A stretch of 63,324 nt of DNA, the filler included, from Octopus bimaculoides (Eukaryota): assembly GCF_001194135.2 (NCBI RefSeq). It is 6 parts of 5 records of this genome, joined end to end, with 100 filler letters (N's around TTAATTAATTAA, not from the genome) between each part and the next. Parts side by side here need not be neighbours in the genome. Positions count along the whole stretch, not along the records: positions 61,146 to 63,324 come from NW_026421080.1; 5 more parts are not named here. One strand, written 5' to 3'. Positions 62,546 to 63,324 of the stretch are shown one piece after another. Numbering within the stretch: position 1 is the stretch's first letter; each line of letters starts with the position of its first letter. The notes beneath the pieces are model-generated. The model was not told the origin of the DNA and ran no database searches. It saw only the letters and a list, made by a program, of their open reading frames with translations. The position numbers and the translations under genes were made by a program.

Positions 62546-63324
62546 GACGATCTGGAATCTGATTGACGAAAGAAACCTCCAACTGACACGTGCTTGTTTT
62601 TTCCTGTCCTTTTTTCTAGCGTCTAACCGTCGGATGTTTTGTTGTGGCATGTTATGTACTTGTTCCATTTTTGTTTTTGTTTTATATATATATATACATA
62701 TAGCGCCGTTCGTACACTTTTGGTCGCCTGTATGTAAATATATATATATAAACTCCGTACGACTCTTTTACTCTTCCTTTTATTCCCTTCACACTTTCTT
62801 CGTTCTTTCGACTTCTCTTTTTCTCGCTCCCCCTTTCTCACCTCTTCTTGGCCTTGCCTTCATTCTCGTCACTTTCCCCCCTCCTTTACCTCACTCTTTC
62901 CCTTTCCTTTCTTTTTCTCTCTTTCTCGTACCTCCGTAATTCTTCAATCTCTCTGCACCTACCTCTCTCCTCTGTTGGTTCGACTGCCATCCGTTTAGCA
63001 TCTCTTATATTCCTTCCATGACTTTCATCTCCTATGTTCCTGCCGTAAGGCTTCACTTCCACACACGCCAGCTTAATTTAATTCGTCCTTAGTCGAAAGG
63101 CACCTGTTGTTAATATCCTGTTGTTTATATTTATAACTGCGTAACATTTGTACATATTTTTCGTCCTTGTTTTCGTATTGCGTACTCTTGCTTTCTTCCA
63201 AAGAATCTAGTGCTCTTAGCTTAGATTTTCCTGGTGACTGCCATATTGGAGCAGACTTCAGTGTAACCGGCCGAAATTGCAACGACGATCTGGAACTCGA
63301 CTGAGGATGGGAAGTTCCGAATGA
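62546..63324 (+). mobile_element. Non-coding CT-rich element, possibly a PLE terminal repeat, cut by the window end
   Basis: gacgatctggaa occurs at 62546 and 63284. CTGAGGA-TGGGAAGTTCC-GAAT at 63301-63322. Confidence 0.3.

Overview
AT-rich, repeat-saturated animal genomic DNA with many N gaps. The SINE, RTE and MITE families look like those of Octopus genomes, which is an inference I have not verified. I cannot support any intact host protein-coding exon, so the window reads as a large intron or intergenic tract. It is filled with decayed Tx1/L1, RTE and CR1 LINEs, Tc1/mariner elements, TTAA and hAT-type MITEs, tRNA-derived SINEs, a Ty3/Gypsy pol remnant, a probable solo LTR and microsatellites. 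The most striking unexplained structure is a set of Penelope-like element (PLE) terminal repeats carrying hammerhead ribozyme (HHR) motifs from at least two and probably four families. In one family a tRNA-like Pol III-type head (six copies) lies between the GIY-YIG stop codon and a minimal hammerhead, and one copy of that tRNA+HHR cassette stands alone like a SINE. Also notable are a TIR element with a head-to-head telomeric-repeat core, several long fold-back inverted repeats, and an unidentified decayed coding-like tract at 13.4-15.8 kb.
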